Part shown: piece by piece, positions 10,894 to 26,233 of the stretch
How the letters are laid out: each line of letters opens with the position of its first letter
How positions within the stretch are numbered: position 1 is the stretch's first letter
From: Thermoanaerobaculia bacterium
GTDB taxonomy: Bacteria; Acidobacteriota; Thermoanaerobaculia; Multivoradales; JAIOJS01
Length of the DNA: 64,000 bases
Direction: 5' to 3'
Assembly: GCA_036005845.1 (NCBI GenBank)
Contig: DASYQD010000018.1
Location: 13,333-77,332, forward strand
Program-made: the position numbers and the translations under genes
Notes under the pieces: generated by a model
Told to the model about the DNA's origin: nothing
What the model saw: the letters and a program-made list of their open reading frames with translations, nothing else
Database searches by the model: none

Positions 10894-12528
10894 TCAGGCC
10901 GCAACTTTCTTCTCCCCCTCACCGTTGCGGTGGTAGTCGTACGCCTCGTGGTCGACCACCGGCGCGACGTCGAAGTTGAAGGTCGGCGGCGGCGAGCTGG
11001 TCTCCCACTCGAGCCCCACCGCGTTCCACGGGTTCGCTCCCGCCTTCTTGCCGTAGCGCATCGCCCACACCAGGTAGATCATCGGCAGCAGGTAGCCGAC
11101 GCCGAGCACCGTGGCGCCCGCCGTCGACAGCACGTTGAGCACCTGGAACTCCGGCGCGTAGGCGTGGTAGCGGCGCGGCATCCCCATGTAGCCGAGGATG
11201 AACTGCGGGAAGAAGGTGAGGTTGAAGCCGACGAAGACGAGGATCGCCGAGATGCGCCCCCAGAACTCGGGGTAGAGCCGGCCGGTGATCTTCGGCCACC
11301 AGTAGTGGAGGCCGCCGAGGTAGCCCATCAGCGTGCCGCCCACCATGATGTAGTGGAAATGCGCCACCACGAAGTAGGTGTCGTGGACGTGGATGTCGAA
11401 GCCCATGGTGGCGAGAAAGACTCCCGTCAGGCCGCCGATGGTGAAGAGGCCGAGGAAGCCGAAGACGTAGAGCATCGGCGTCTGCCACGACACCGAGCCG
11501 CGGTAGAGCGTCGCCGTCCAGTTGAAGACCTTGATCGCCGAGGGGATGGCCACCAGCATGGTGAGCACCGAGAACAGCGTCCCGGCGAACGCCGTCTGGC
11601 TGGAGACGAAGAGGTGGTGCCCCCAGACCAGGAAGCCGAGCACCGCGATCGCCATCGACGAGAAGGCGACGAACGAGTAGCCGAACACCCGCTTGCGCGA
11701 GAAGGCGGCGACGAGCTCGCTGATGATGCCCATCGCCGGCAGGATCATGATGTAGACCGCCGGGTGGGAGTAGAACCAGAAGAGGTGCTGGAAGAGCACC
11801 GGGTCGCCGCCCAGCGTGGGGTCGAAGATGCCGAGGTGCAGCGCCCGCTCGAGCATCAGCATCACCAGCGTGATGGCGAGGATCGGCGTCGCCAGCATGA
11901 TGATGACGCTGGTGGCGTAGAGCGACCAGACGAAGAGCGGCAGCCGGAACCACGACAGCCCCGGCGCCCGCATGCGGTGCACGGTGACGATGAAGTTGAG
12001 CGCGGTCAAGATCGACGAGAAGCCGGCGATGAAGCCGGCAAGGGCCACGAGGGTCACCGGCGAGTTGGAGAAGCGCGTCGAGAAGGGTGGATAGAAGGTC
12101 CACCCGGTGTCGGCGCCGCCCTGGATGAGCGCGTAGACGCCGAGCGAGCCGGCCACCATGTAGACGTACCAGGAGAGCAGGTTGATCTTCGGGAAGGCGA
12201 GGTCCTTGGCGCCCAGCATCAGCGGCAACAGGAAGTTGCCGAGCACCGCCGGGATCACCGGGATCAGGAAGAAGAAGATCATCACCACGCCGTGCATGGT
12301 GAACAGCCGGTTGTAGGTGTCGGAGGAGACGAAGTCACCTTCCGGCGTCAAAAGCTCGATGCGTACCAGGCCCGCGAAGATGGCGCCGACGGCGAAGAAC
12401 AGCGTCACCGAGCCGAGGTAGAGCAGCGCGATGCGCTTGTGGTCCTTGGTGAGCAGCCAGCTCTTCACGCCGTAGGCGGCGTTGAGGTAGTTGGGCCGCA
12501 GCGTGCGCGCGGCGACGGCGGCACTCAT
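10894..12528 (-). CDS. coxA: cytochrome c oxidase subunit I
   Basis: The track ORF extends to 13239, but its first 237 aa overlap coxB in another frame. The ATG at 12528 overlaps the coxB stop (ATGA). 544 aa with COX1 signatures ([19 protein letters not shown]). Confidence 0.95.
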   Translation of the reverse strand: MSAAVAARTLRPNYLNAAYGVKSWLLTKDHKRIALLYLGSVTLFFAVGAIFAGLVRIELLTPEGDFVSSDTYNRLFTMHGVVMIFFFLIPVIPAVLGNFLLPLMLGAKDLAFPKINLLSWYVYMVAGSLGVYALIQGGADTGWTFYPPFSTRFSNSPVTLVALAGFIAGFSSILTALNFIVTVHRMRAPGLSWFRLPLFVWSLYATSVIIMLATPILAITLVMLMLERALHLGIFDPTLGGDPVLFQHLFWFYSHPAVYIMILPAMGIISELVAAFSRKRVFGYSFVAFSSMAIAVLGFLVWGHHLFVSSQTAFAGTLFSVLTMLVAIPSAIKVFNWTATLYRGSVSWQTPMLYVFGFLGLFTIGGLTGVFLATMGFDIHVHDTYFVVAHFHYIMVGGTLMGYLGGLHYWWPKITGRLYPEFWGRISAILVFVGFNLTFFPQFILGYMGMPRRYHAYAPEFQVLNVLSTAGATVLGVGYLLPMIYLVWAMRYGKKAGANPWNAVGLEWETSSPPPTFNFDVAPVVDHEAYDYHRNGEGEKKVAA

Positions 12529-13562
12529 CGGGCGCCTCCTTGCGTGGCTGGAGCGGCGGCCGGCGCTGCTGCTGCCGCGGCGGGCGCCGGTGCGGCCGGA
12601 GCCTGCGGCTGCGCCGCCGGTCCGCCGCCCGCCTCGCCCAGGCTCTTGACGTAGGCGATCAGCTTGAAGAGGTTCTCCTCGCTGATCTGCCCCTTGTAGG
12701 TCGGCATGATCGGCTGGTAGCCGGCGACGACGTCGGCCGGCGGCTCGAGGATCGAGCGCCGCACGTAGCTGGCGTCGGCGACGATGGTCTGTCCGCTGGC
12801 GAGCTGCACCGGCTTGCCGAAGACGCCGCGCAGCGACGGCGCGCGGCCGCCGCCCGCCTCGACGTGGCAGGTGTTGCAGCCGATGGAGGCGAAGAGGTCG
12901 GCGCCCGCCGCGGCCGGCGCCTTGTCGGCCTGCGCGCCGCCGGCGAGCCAGTGCTCGTAGTCCTCGGGCGTCATCACCGTCACCCAACCCACCATGCCCG
13001 AATGCTGCGTGCCGCAGTACTCGGCGCAGAAGAGGTGGTAGGTGCCGGGCTTGGTCGCCTCGAACCAGAGCGTCGTGTACCGGCCGGGCACCAGGTCCAT
13101 CTTGGTGCGGAAGGCGGGGATGTAGAGGCTGTGGAGGACGTCCTCCGCGATCATCTCGATCTTGATCGGCTGCCCGGTGGGCACGTGCAGGGCGTTGATC
13201 TCGCGCTGCCCCTCGGGATGCTGGAAGCGCCACATCCACTGCTTGCCGGTGGCGGTGAGCTCGAGCGCGTTGGCCGGCGGCTCGACCTGCAGGAAGAACA
13301 CGCGCGCGCCCCAGAAGAAGAGGAAGAGCACGATGCCGAGCGGGATGATCGTCCAGGTCACCTCGAGCAGCATGGAGGCGTGGAAGCTGCCGCCCACCTC
13401 GTCGGCCGAGCGGCGCCGGTAGCGGACGGCGCAGTAGACCACCGAGGCGGCGATGAGCAGCGAGAAGAAGGCGCTCATCGCCACCAGGAAGACGTAGAGC
13501 GCGTCGACCTGGCCGGCCATCGTCGAGGCCGCCTCGGGGAAGAGTGGGAAACCGGAGTGCAT
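12525..13562 (-). CDS. coxB: cytochrome c oxidase subunit II fused to a C-terminal cytochrome c domain (caa3-type)
   Basis: CuA motif [11 protein letters not shown]...[12 protein letters not shown] plus a C-terminal CNTCH haem-binding motif and an Ala/Pro-rich tail. 345 aa. Confidence 0.9.
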   Translation of the reverse strand: MHSGFPLFPEAASTMAGQVDALYVFLVAMSAFFSLLIAASVVYCAVRYRRRSADEVGGSFHASMLLEVTWTIIPLGIVLFLFFWGARVFFLQVEPPANALELTATGKQWMWRFQHPEGQREINALHVPTGQPIKIEMIAEDVLHSLYIPAFRTKMDLVPGRYTTLWFEATKPGTYHLFCAEYCGTQHSGMVGWVTVMTPEDYEHWLAGGAQADKAPAAAGADLFASIGCNTCHVEAGGGRAPSLRGVFGKPVQLASGQTIVADASYVRRSILEPPADVVAGYQPIMPTYKGQISEENLFKLIAYVKSLGEAGGGPAAQPQAPAAPAPAAAAAAPAAAPATQGGAR

Positions 13563-14435
13563 CTAGGTGGACACCTCGATCCGGGAGGGGCGGTTCATCG
13601 CAATGCGGCCGCGGCGCTCCTGCCGCAGCATGAAGGCGATGAAGGCGCCCAGCGCCAGCACGGTGAGCACGCCGCCGATGCGCACGAGACGCATCGTCAG
13701 CAGCGTGTACTTGCCGGTCATCGCGTCGTAGTGGAAGCAGTAGAGGAGGACCTGGTCGGCGAAGGTGCCGAGGCGGCCCGCCGAGGCTTCGACCATCGCC
13801 AGGCGAAGGTCCTTCGGCGCCGGCTCGGTGGTGTAGAGGTAGCGCGCGATCCTGCCCTGCGGCGTCGCCATCACCAGCGTCGAGGCGTGCACGAACTGGC
13901 CGCCTTCGGCCTTGTAACGGAAGCCGATGGCGCGGGTCATGGCGGCGATCGCGCGCGCGTCGCCGGTCAGGAAGTGCCAGCCGGCGTCGCCGCCGGCGCG
14001 GCCGAAGGTGGCGAGCGCGTCGGCCTTCTTGCGCCGTGCGTCGGCCGCCGTGTCGCGCGGGTCGAAGCTGAAGACGACGAGCTCGTAGTCGGTCCGCGCG
14101 CCGAAGGTGAGCATGCGCAGCGAGCGCGCCAGGCCTTCGAGCGCCAGCGGGCAGAGCATCGGGCAGTTGTAGTAGACCGGCACCACGATCACCGGCTTCT
14201 TGCCGAAGTACTGGCCGAGGCGCACCTCGGCGCCGGTCTCGTCGCGGAGGCGGACGTCGAGCGGGAGCTGGCCGCCGACGTGGCGGTCGATGCCGACGTC
14301 GCGCAACGCCGGCGGCAGCACCGACGCCGCGGGGTCGTCGGCGCGCAGCGGCGCGGGGTTCGCCAGAGTGAATACCGTCGCGACGGCCGCCGCGAGCGCG
14401 CCGAGCGCGACGATGCGTGCGCGCCGCGCGCTCAC
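13563..14435 (-). CDS. SCO1/SenC copper chaperone (thioredoxin-like, CxxxC)
   Basis: CPMLCP motif and a conserved downstream His. Membrane-anchored. Start GTG overlaps the upstream stop (GTGA). Its stop abuts the coxB ATG. Confidence 0.85.
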   Translation of the reverse strand: MSARRARIVALGALAAAVATVFTLANPAPLRADDPAASVLPPALRDVGIDRHVGGQLPLDVRLRDETGAEVRLGQYFGKKPVIVVPVYYNCPMLCPLALEGLARSLRMLTFGARTDYELVVFSFDPRDTAADARRKKADALATFGRAGGDAGWHFLTGDARAIAAMTRAIGFRYKAEGGQFVHASTLVMATPQGRIARYLYTTEPAPKDLRLAMVEASAGRLGTFADQVLLYCFHYDAMTGKYTLLTMRLVRIGGVLTVLALGAFIAFMLRQERRGRIAMNRPSRIEVST

Positions 14436-15010
14436 CGGTGCGCCTCCGGTGTCGGGGCAGGAGTGGCGCTCGTGGTCACGACAGGTGCGGCACCAGCCGC
14501 GGCCGGCTCGGCGGTCATCGCCGGCACGGTCGCCCTCGCGGCAGGCGCCGGAGTCGGCGCCGCCGCCCGCGCCGGCAGCCCGCGCGCCGCCAGGATGTCG
14601 ATCGCGCGCTCCACCGGGATGTGCGCGACGCCGGCGGCCTGGTCGACCCAGCCGTAGCTCTCCAGCCGCTCCTTCTCCCCGCGGCGCACGCGTTCGAGCT
14701 CGCGCTCGGGCCGCGCCAGCAGCTGCGGCGCCGCCGCCCTGGCCGCCGGCGCGACGAGCGGCTGATTGGCCGCCGCCGCCTCCGCGCGCCAGCTCACGAA
14801 GCCGCGCAGCAGGAAGAAGACGCCGACGCCCGACAGCAGGGCGGTGACGAGCAGCGCGACGCCCATCCAGATCAGCTGGTGGTACTGGATCTCGCGGTCG
14901 AACTCCACCGACTCGTGCGGCGGCTCGTACGGCGCCTCGTGGGCGTGCGCGTAGCCGCCGGCGGGCGCCAGGCCGGTGCCGTGCGTGCCGGGCGGCCGCG
15001 GCTCACTCAT
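14432..15010 (-). CDS. single-TM hypothetical protein, positional candidate for ACIII subunit ActG
   Basis: 192 aa with one TM helix ([23 protein letters not shown]) and an Ala/Pro-rich C-terminus. Start overlaps the actF stop by 8 nt. Confidence 0.45.
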   Translation of the reverse strand: MSEPRPPGTHGTGLAPAGGYAHAHEAPYEPPHESVEFDREIQYHQLIWMGVALLVTALLSGVGVFFLLRGFVSWRAEAAAANQPLVAPAARAAAPQLLARPERELERVRRGEKERLESYGWVDQAAGVAHIPVERAIDILAARGLPARAAAPTPAPAARATVPAMTAEPAAAGAAPVVTTSATPAPTPEAHR

Positions 15011-16223
15011 GCGCCAGCACCTCCGCCAGGAACGGGTCTTTCACCGGCAGCAGCGACCGCGCGGCGAGCTGGCCCAGGTAGAACCAGACGAAGATGCCGC
15101 CGATGCCGACCAGCGCCGCGAGGTCGATCCACAGCCCGGCCAGCCCGCTGCCGCGATCGCCGGCACCGTGTCGCACCGCCTGCAGCGTCGGCGCCACGTG
15201 CCAGAAGTAGTCGAGCCAGCGCATGAAGAGCATCCAGATCGCCACCTTCACCAGCATCGCGCCGCGGCGCTTGACGTCGGCCGAGAGCAGGATGAGGAAG
15301 GGCAGGAAGAAGTGGCCGATCACCAGCAGGGCCGAGACCAGGCCCCAGCCGCCGTGCGCGCGGCGCAGGTAGAAGGGGATCTCCTCCGGCAGGTTGCCCG
15401 CCCAGATGAGCAGGAACTGCGAGAAGGAGAGGTACGCCCACAGCATGGTGAAGGCGAAGAACAGCTTGCCGTAGTCGTGGAAGTGCTGCGGCCGCAGCAC
15501 GCCGGCCATCGGCGCGTGCCGGCGCAGCCAGTTGGCGACCACGACGGCGAAGACGAGGCCCGAGAGGCCGAGACCGGCGAAGAACCAGAGGCCGAAGAGG
15601 CTCGACTGCCAGTGCGGGTCGAGCGACATCAGCCAGTCGATCGAGGCGAAGCTGCCGGTGAGCGCGAGCAGCAGGAAGCCGGCCGCCGAGATCGCCTGCA
15701 AGCGGCGGAAGATCGCCGGGTCGCCGGTTTCGTCCTGGCGGCGCGAGAGCTGCGTCAGCGACCACGCCAGCGCGATCCAGATCAGGAAGTAGAAGAGAGC
15801 GCGGCCGATGAAGAACGGTACGTTGAGGTAAGGCGCCTTCTGCTGCAGCACCTGGTCGTGGCGCACCACCTCGTCGCGGCTCCACTCGAAGAGATCGTGC
15901 ATCCCGAGCAGCACCGGCACGAAGAGCAGCAGCAGCAGCGGCAGCGTGCGCGCGCCGGCTTCGAGCGGGCGGCGGATCATCAGCCCCCAGGCGCCGCGCG
16001 AGAGGTGGTGCAGCATCGCCAGCCCGAGGCAGCCGAGCGCCACGCTCAGCCACAGCACCCAGGCCACCAGCCAGGACTGGAAAAAGTGCGGCCGGTCGAC
16101 GACGAAGCCGAGCGCGGCGACGACGAGCCCGACGACGCCGGCGATGAGGAACCGGCCCTGCAGGCCGCGCAGCTCGGACGGCGGCGCGAAGGAGTCGGCG
16201 GTAATCGGCGCGTCGATGGCCAT
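15003..16223 (-). CDS. actF: alternative complex III subunit ActF (NrfD-like membrane protein)
   Basis: 406 aa polytopic protein in the canonical act position. Paralogous to 4745..5962. Confidence 0.85.
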   Translation of the reverse strand: MAIDAPITADSFAPPSELRGLQGRFLIAGVVGLVVAALGFVVDRPHFFQSWLVAWVLWLSVALGCLGLAMLHHLSRGAWGLMIRRPLEAGARTLPLLLLLFVPVLLGMHDLFEWSRDEVVRHDQVLQQKAPYLNVPFFIGRALFYFLIWIALAWSLTQLSRRQDETGDPAIFRRLQAISAAGFLLLALTGSFASIDWLMSLDPHWQSSLFGLWFFAGLGLSGLVFAVVVANWLRRHAPMAGVLRPQHFHDYGKLFFAFTMLWAYLSFSQFLLIWAGNLPEEIPFYLRRAHGGWGLVSALLVIGHFFLPFLILLSADVKRRGAMLVKVAIWMLFMRWLDYFWHVAPTLQAVRHGAGDRGSGLAGLWIDLAALVGIGGIFVWFYLGQLAARSLLPVKDPFLAEVLAHE

Positions 16224-16864
16224 CAGTGGTGCTCGCCAGGCTCCTCCGCCTCGGCGGCGGGCGGCGCCGCGGCGGCGGCAGCGGCCTGGTCCACGCCGGC
16301 GCGGTCCGTCGGCTCGAGATCGGCGAGGTGCGCCCGCTGCGAGAGCTGCAGCGCCCGCACGTAGGCGGCGATCGCCCAGCGGTCCTCGGGCGGGATCGAC
16401 GGCGCGTAGCTCGGCATGACGCCGAAGCCGTGGGTCATGACGTCGAAGTAGTAGCCCACCGGCGAGTTGACCAGGCGGTCGTCGTGGAAGGACGGCGGCT
16501 GCTTGAAGCCGCGCCGCACCGCCATGCCCTGGCCGTCGCCGAGGCGGCCGTGGCAGGGCGAACAGTAGACGTCGAAGCGCTGGTGGCCGCGCTCGAGGAG
16601 CTGCCTCGTCGCCGGCATCGGCAGCTCGGCGACGACGTTGCCCGCGGCGTCCTTGCCGGTCGAGAACGCCACGTCTTCGCCGAGGTGGCCGCGCGCCACC
16701 GTGCCTTCGGGGAGCTGGCGCGACGCCATTCCGTCGGCGAAGAACTTCGACGCCTCGAGCGGCTCGTAGCGCGGCTGGTCGTGCATGTCCTGACGGCAGC
16801 CGCCGAGCACGAGCCCGCCGCCGAGCATCAGCGGCGCGACGAAGCGTCTCGCCCTAATACTCAA
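16223..16864 (-). CDS. actE: alternative complex III subunit ActE (monohaem cytochrome c, lipoprotein)
   Basis: Single CSPCH motif. The probable TTG start at 16864 yields the lipoprotein-like signal MSIRARRFVAPLMLGGGLVLGGC. The track ORF (to 17026) is over-extended into actD. Confidence 0.75.
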   Translation of the reverse strand: MSIRARRFVAPLMLGGGLVLGGCRQDMHDQPRYEPLEASKFFADGMASRQLPEGTVARGHLGEDVAFSTGKDAAGNVVAELPMPATRQLLERGHQRFDVYCSPCHGRLGDGQGMAVRRGFKQPPSFHDDRLVNSPVGYYFDVMTHGFGVMPSYAPSIPPEDRWAIAAYVRALQLSQRAHLADLEPTDRAGVDQAAAAAAAPPAAEAEEPGEHH

Positions 16865-17398
16865 CTTCGGAGACCTCCGTCGGCGCCTGCGACTCCAGGA
16901 ACTGCCGCGTGCCGTCGGCGTGGAAGCGCGCGTCGACCGCCTCGATGCAGAGGAAGTAGCGGTCGCGCGAAGCGGCGGAGAACCGCGGCAGGTTGAACAC
17001 CGGATGGTAGGGAGTCGGCAGGCCATTGAGCGCCAGCATGCCCAGCACCGCCGTCAACGACGCGAAGAGGATCGTCATCTCGAAGGTCACCGGCACGAAC
17101 GCCGGCCACGACAGCGGCGGCTTGCCGCCGATGTTGAGCGGATAGGCGATGGCGTTGACGTAGACCTGCAGCCCGAGCCCGGCGAGGCAGCCGGCGACGC
17201 CGCCGCCGAGCACCATCAGCGGCAGCTTGCTGTGGTGGTGCCCGAGCGCGTGCACCACCTCCTCGATCGGGTAGGGCGCGTAGGCGTCCATCTTCCGGTA
17301 GCCGGCCTTGCGCGCCTGCTCGGTGGCGGCGATCAGCGCGCCCGGCGTCTCGAACTCCGCCATCAACCCGTAGAGGCGGCCGCCGCTGTCCTGGCTGC

Positions 17399-17402
<4 letters not shown>
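16854..17402 (-). CDS. actD: alternative complex III subunit ActD (DUF3341)
   Basis: ATG at 17402 overlaps the actC stop (ATGA). 182 aa with a central TM pair. Confidence 0.8.
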
Positions 17403-21995
<4,593 letters not shown>

Positions 21996-21999
<4 letters not shown>

Positions 22000-22646
22000 C
22001 GGTGGCACACCGAGCAGCTCGTGCGGCTGACGATCTTGTATTCCTTCATCAGCTCTGCGCGCCGCGCCGCGGAGATCAAAGCCGGGTCCCAGTTGGGGTT
22101 GAAGACTTCCTCGCGCGGCCGCACGTACTTCGCCGGGTCGCGATGGCAGCCGACGCACCACTCCATCTTCAGGCTCGACGCCTTCCAGGTCAGCGGCATG
22201 CGGCCGATGTCGCCGTGACAGGTGGTGCAGCCGATGCCCTTGGCGACGTGGATGCTGTGATTGAAGTAGACGAAGTCGGGCAGGTCATAGACGCGCCGCC
22301 AGTGCAGGGGAGTGCCGTCGCGGAAGCTCGCCCGCACCGGCTCGAGGATGGGCGAGTCGGCGAACAGCACCGAGTGGCAGCCCATGCAAGTGGCCGTCGG
22401 CGGGATGCCGGCGAAGGCGCTCTTCTCGACCGAGGTGTGGCAGTAGCGGCAGTCGAAGCCTTCCTCGCCGACGTGATGGTCGTGGCTGAACGGCACCGGC
22501 TGCTCGATCACCTGCCGCTCGCGCGTCACCGCCGGCGAGCGGTCGATCGCCATCGCCACCCACCCCGCGAACGCGATGAAGAAGATCAGCCCGAAGATGC
22601 TGACCCGCGAGATCGTGTTCGTGCTGGGGTGGAAGATCTGCGCCAT
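21996..22646 (-). CDS. actA: alternative complex III subunit ActA (pentahaem cytochrome c, membrane anchored)
   Basis: Five CXXCH motifs (CRYCH, CMGCH, CTTCH, CVGCH, CSVCH) after one N-terminal TM helix. Start ATG at 22646 (the track ORF is 36 aa longer). Confidence 0.9.
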
Positions 22647-22733
22647 CGCTCTCCCTGACTGCTGCCCAATCTGCGATGCGCCCCGCGAAACGCGGCGCCC
22701 AACATACCAGCACTCACGGCGGCACGTCCCGCC

Positions 22734-22756
22734 CCTTGTGCGCGGCCGGCACAAGG
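22734..22756. promoter_or_regulatory. perfect palindrome CCTTGTGC-N7-GCACAAGG in the divergent actA/ctaB intergenic region
   Basis: Lies 88-110 nt upstream of actA and ~106 nt upstream of ctaB. TGTGC/GCACA half-sites resemble CRP/FNR-family operators. Confidence 0.35.
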
Positions 22757-22861
22757 TATCGCGCGGCTATCGCTAGGTCAACACATGCCGCGCGATTGAC
22801 GGATGCAGCGTCGCCTTGTGATCGATGAGCGGCCGCAGACCGACTGCTATGCTCGCCGCCG

Positions 22862-23752
22862 ATGCGCGAGAGCACGCTCCAGGCGACGGCGGGAGTGCGC
22901 CTGCGCGATTTTCTCGGCCTCGCCAAGACGGGCATCACCGCGATGGTGGCGCTCTCGGCGGCGGCGGGGATGCTGCTCGCGGCCGACGACGGGCCGACCT
23001 CGCCGGCGCTGTGGTTCCACACCTTGCTCGGCACGGCACTGGTGGCTGCGGCGGCATCGGCACTCAACCAGGTCGTCGAGCGCGACGTCGACGGCTTGAT
23101 GCGCCGCACAGCGCAGCGGCCGCTGCCGGCGGGGCGGATGCAGGCCGATGCCGCGGTGGCGTTCGCGGCGCTCCTCGGCGGCGGCGGGCTGCTCGAGCTG
23201 GCGCTGGGCGCCAACCTGCTGGCGGCGTCGCTGGCGGCCGCGACGCTGGTCGGTTACGTCGCCGTCTACACACCGCTCAAGCGCGTCAGCTCGCTGTCGA
23301 CCGTCATCGGCGCGATCCCCGGCGCGGTGCCGCCGATGGTCGGCTGGGCAGCGGTGACCGGCACGCTCGGGCCCGGCGCGTGGGCGCTCTTCGCACTACT
23401 CTTCTTCTGGCAGATGCCGCACTTCCTCGCCATCGCCTGGCTCTACCGCTCCGACTACGCTCGCGGCGGCTTCCCGATGCTGTCAGTGGACGACGAAGGC
23501 GGCCTGCGCACGTCGCGGCAAGCGCTTCTGTACTGCGCGGCGCTCGTGCCGGTGAGCCTACTGCCTGCGGCACTCGGGCTCGCAGGCGCCGTCTACTTCG
23601 CCGGCGCGCTCATTGCTGGCGGCTGGTTCCTCGCCGCGAGCGCGGCGTTCGCGCTCGACCGCAGCGCGCCGGCCGCGAAGCGGCTGATGCTGGTCTCGGT
23701 GTTCTACCTGCCGGCGGTGCTTGCCGCGCTGGCGGCCGACCGGCTGATCTGA
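22862..23752 (+). CDS. ctaB: protohaem IX farnesyltransferase (haem O synthase)
   Basis: 296 aa polytopic UbiA-family protein with NQ..ERD.D..M.RT..RPLP motif. Confidence 0.9.
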   Translation: MRESTLQATAGVRLRDFLGLAKTGITAMVALSAAAGMLLAADDGPTSPALWFHTLLGTALVAAAASALNQVVERDVDGLMRRTAQRPLPAGRMQADAAVAFAALLGGGGLLELALGANLLAASLAAATLVGYVAVYTPLKRVSSLSTVIGAIPGAVPPMVGWAAVTGTLGPGAWALFALLFFWQMPHFLAIAWLYRSDYARGGFPMLSVDDEGGLRTSRQALLYCAALVPVSLLPAALGLAGAVYFAGALIAGGWFLAASAAFALDRSAPAAKRLMLVSVFYLPAVLAALAADRLI

Positions 23753-23916
23753 GCTGATCGCGGCTGCGCGGTGCTGGGTCGTAATGCCCTCACGAGAGCG
23801 TGTTCCCAGAGTGAGGCCCGCCGTGCTGCTCCGTGACGCCGGTCCGGCCCGCTACCAGTGACGGGGCTTTGCCCAGCAAATCGCTCCTGCCCAAATAATC
23901 GGCAGGCTGCCAAAGG

Positions 23917-24141
23917 TCACTTAGCGTCGGGAAGGATGTCCGCCGCGCGGAGCGCTAGCCGGCGCAGCCATGCGCTCAACTTCAAGCCGTCACGCGCGGC
24001 AGCAGCCTCAAGAGCGCGCTTCTGCTCGGCCTGGATGCGCATGCGCACGACGTCATCCTTGAGCGCCTTGCCGGCCGGCGGGCCGGCCCTCCTCTTCGCC
24101 TGGGTCACGGCGTTAGATTGTGGGCGGATGTAGCTACACAT
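23917..24141 (-). CDS. ribbon-helix-helix protein, MobC/CopG-like (relaxosome accessory or antitoxin-type)
   Basis: ...RRAGPPAGKALKDDVVRMRIQAEQKRALEAAAARDGLKLSAWLRRLAL. Start is uncertain: track ORF starts at 24234, and the ATG at 24141 gives 74 aa. A TGTAGCTACA palindrome abuts that ATG. Confidence 0.5.
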   Translation of the reverse strand: MCSYIRPQSNAVTQAKRRAGPPAGKALKDDVVRMRIQAEQKRALEAAAARDGLKLSAWLRRLALRAADILPDAK

Positions 24142-24604
24142 CAAGTCAGCGTCCGCCAATGGTAGTCGGGCACCTTGAGGTACTTCCGGAGCGCTCGACG
24201 CATGACCTCGCTCTCGCTGAGCAGAGTTGGCCATCCAGCGCGATCCCGGCCTGTTCGCCTATTACTATCCGCCAAGCGGGGCGGTCTTCGTCAGGTGCGT
24301 CCACTGCGCCAAGTGCGGCGAGGAGTCCGCCTTTGGGTTCACCACAGGCGCAGATGACCGTGAGCGATTGGCGCGGATCGCCCTGCCGCAGAGCGCCCTA
24401 AGCCAGGCTGTCACTTCAAATGACCAGCGCCGCCTTGTGGCGCGGCGCGAAGCCTCAGCGGCCGCTGCCGCTACCACCGCCCGCATGGCTTGCCCTGCGC
24501 CGCCTTCCTCGCCGTGGGCATCTTGTGGCGCCCTGGAGACGAGTGGCACGCAGCGGCGTGCATCTGCTATGTCGCGTCGGCTGGTGCCGCGCCAGAAACG
24601 GGCG

Positions 24605-24844
24605 CTATTGCTTAGTCGTCGCCGTCAGCTTCTTTGAAGGGAAGAAGTGCCAGAAGACCGGATAAAGAGTCCCGGTCAAGAAAGACTCCACTAGGGCGAT
24701 TGGCCATGAACGGCAAAAAAAGATGAGCGCCACGGCGAGGCCCAAGTACACAAATCCTGCCAAAAGAACGAGCCACACCTTGGCACCGATGTCGGCAATA
24801 ATCTTGTAGGCCTTAGCCTGCTCTTCGGTGATGCGCTCGGGCAT
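24605..24844 (-). CDS. small 2-TM membrane protein (island gene, unknown function)
   Basis: 79-86 aa depending on start (TTG 24865 or ATG 24844). Two hydrophobic helices. Low GC. Last gene of a three-gene minus-strand operon. Confidence 0.4.
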   Translation of the reverse strand: MPERITEEQAKAYKIIADIGAKVWLVLLAGFVYLGLAVALIFFCRSWPIALVESFLTGTLYPVFWHFFPSKKLTATTKQ

Positions 24845-24857
24845 GGCTGTCGGCAGC

Positions 24858-25220
24858 CTAGGCAACGACGCTGTAGACTTCGATTACCTGCAACTTGCGC
24901 GGATCGAATTGGCACTCCTCGCCTTCAGCCTCGCACACATGACAAACAACGGTTGCGGGCACGCGCTCGCCCGCCGGCACGTACTCAGCAATGTTCTTGT
25001 CGCGAGGGCAGAGATAGCCGTGCCGCTTGGCGAATAGGCCCTCTCTCACGGCGAGTTCGCATAACATATGAGCTACACGGTAAGGGACACGAAAGAAGCT
25101 GCGGATATTCTCGACGTAGATGTTTTGTGGATCGGTGTTGCGCATTAGCTCGGCACGGCGTGCGAACGCATCCCCAATCCAGCTCCTATCCATTGCGCCG
25201 ACGAATCTCTCGAACCACAT
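24858..25220 (-). CDS. Cys-rich hypothetical protein (possible zinc ribbon, CHVCEAEGEEC)
   Basis: 120 aa. Overlaps the upstream gene by 35 nt. No recognisable family. Confidence 0.4.
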   Translation of the reverse strand: MWFERFVGAMDRSWIGDAFARRAELMRNTDPQNIYVENIRSFFRVPYRVAHMLCELAVREGLFAKRHGYLCPRDKNIAEYVPAGERVPATVVCHVCEAEGEECQFDPRKLQVIEVYSVVA

Positions 25221-26043
25221 AGGCCGCCCCTTGGTCTAAATGGGAAAACGTCCTGAAGCTAACGATGCCCTTGGTCGGGTCTACTGTGAAGTGATCCAGG
25301 CCGATGCTGTCCCCCATCCACTTGAAAGTGGTGGCAAGCAGCGGCTTGTCGCGCAGATCGTCGTATAGAGATGGATCGTCTCTCTTCACCAAGTAGTTTC
25401 CGTCCATCACCTGACGCGTCGTCGCGCGCGCCTTCTTAAACTGCACAGCCGGGGCGTCGATCAAACCTTCGTCCCAAAGCGCCTTCACTCCCTCGTTCAA
25501 GTCCTCGGGATGTACATCGGAAAGGCCGAGAGAATCGAACACAAGGATCTCCACCATCGCTTCGTCTAGATCCTTGATGCTTCGTATGACTCGACCCGGC
25601 TCGTACTGAGCTGCAAGATTCTTCTCCATAATCGTAAAGCGCAGTTCTAAACTGTTCCGACCGCACGTGACGTGCACGGGCCAGAGATAATCGACGGCCT
25701 TCTTCTCTAGTGGATCGGCAAGGTAGACAACGTAGGGAAGGTCCAGCAGATAGAACCAGCTACGGCTCGTCCTAGCGGGGTCGCTTGCCAGCAACCGACC
25801 ATCGTCAAGCAACCCCTCAGGCAGATCGCGTACTGTGACGTCCGAACACCTGTGGAGGTGCACATGGTGCTTTGTCGTGAGATGGTGCGTGATGATAAAC
25901 GCGTCGACCTCGCCCCCGTCGCGGGAGCCCAGGATTGCTTCGATGACCTGTGCCTTGGTGCCGGTCGGTAGATCGAAGTACTGCCGCAGCTGTTCAAGGG
26001 GATACAGATCTAGTAAGCGAACGGCAAGTGGATTCTGAGCCAC
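25186..26043 (-). CDS. hypothetical protein (285 aa, no recognisable domain), first gene of island operon
   Basis: The track ORF extends to 26448 through high-GC sequence. A GTG at 26043 is preceded by a strong Shine-Dalgarno (GGAGGGGGC-GTG). Low GC. Confidence 0.5.
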   Translation of the reverse strand: MAQNPLAVRLLDLYPLEQLRQYFDLPTGTKAQVIEAILGSRDGGEVDAFIITHHLTTKHHVHLHRCSDVTVRDLPEGLLDDGRLLASDPARTSRSWFYLLDLPYVVYLADPLEKKAVDYLWPVHVTCGRNSLELRFTIMEKNLAAQYEPGRVIRSIKDLDEAMVEILVFDSLGLSDVHPEDLNEGVKALWDEGLIDAPAVQFKKARATTRQVMDGNYLVKRDDPSLYDDLRDKPLLATTFKWMGDSIGLDHFTVDPTKGIVSFRTFSHLDQGAAYVVREIRRRNG

Positions 26044-26233
26044 GCCCCCTCCAGACCTGTTGAACCAGTGGACTACGGCAGACCATACCGCAGATCGTGA
26101 CGAGAGGAGCCAGGGCGTCACGGGCGGCCGTGGATGCGCCGGCCGCCAGTCTAGCGCACTCCTCGGCCAGACCCTGGTCTGCGACCGACCTCCGGACAGG
26201 CGGCACATCCCGCAAGCCACGAATCGCCCCGGG

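Noticed and set aside
10894-13239. 781-aa reading of coxA suggesting a COX I N-terminal fusion
   Set aside because: The first 237 residues lie in the frame overlapping coxB and are low complexity. The ATG at 12528 overlapping the coxB stop gives a normal 544-aa COX I.
22825-23757. 310-aa ORF overlapping ctaB
   Set aside because: Alternate frame of ctaB. Arg/Ala-rich.
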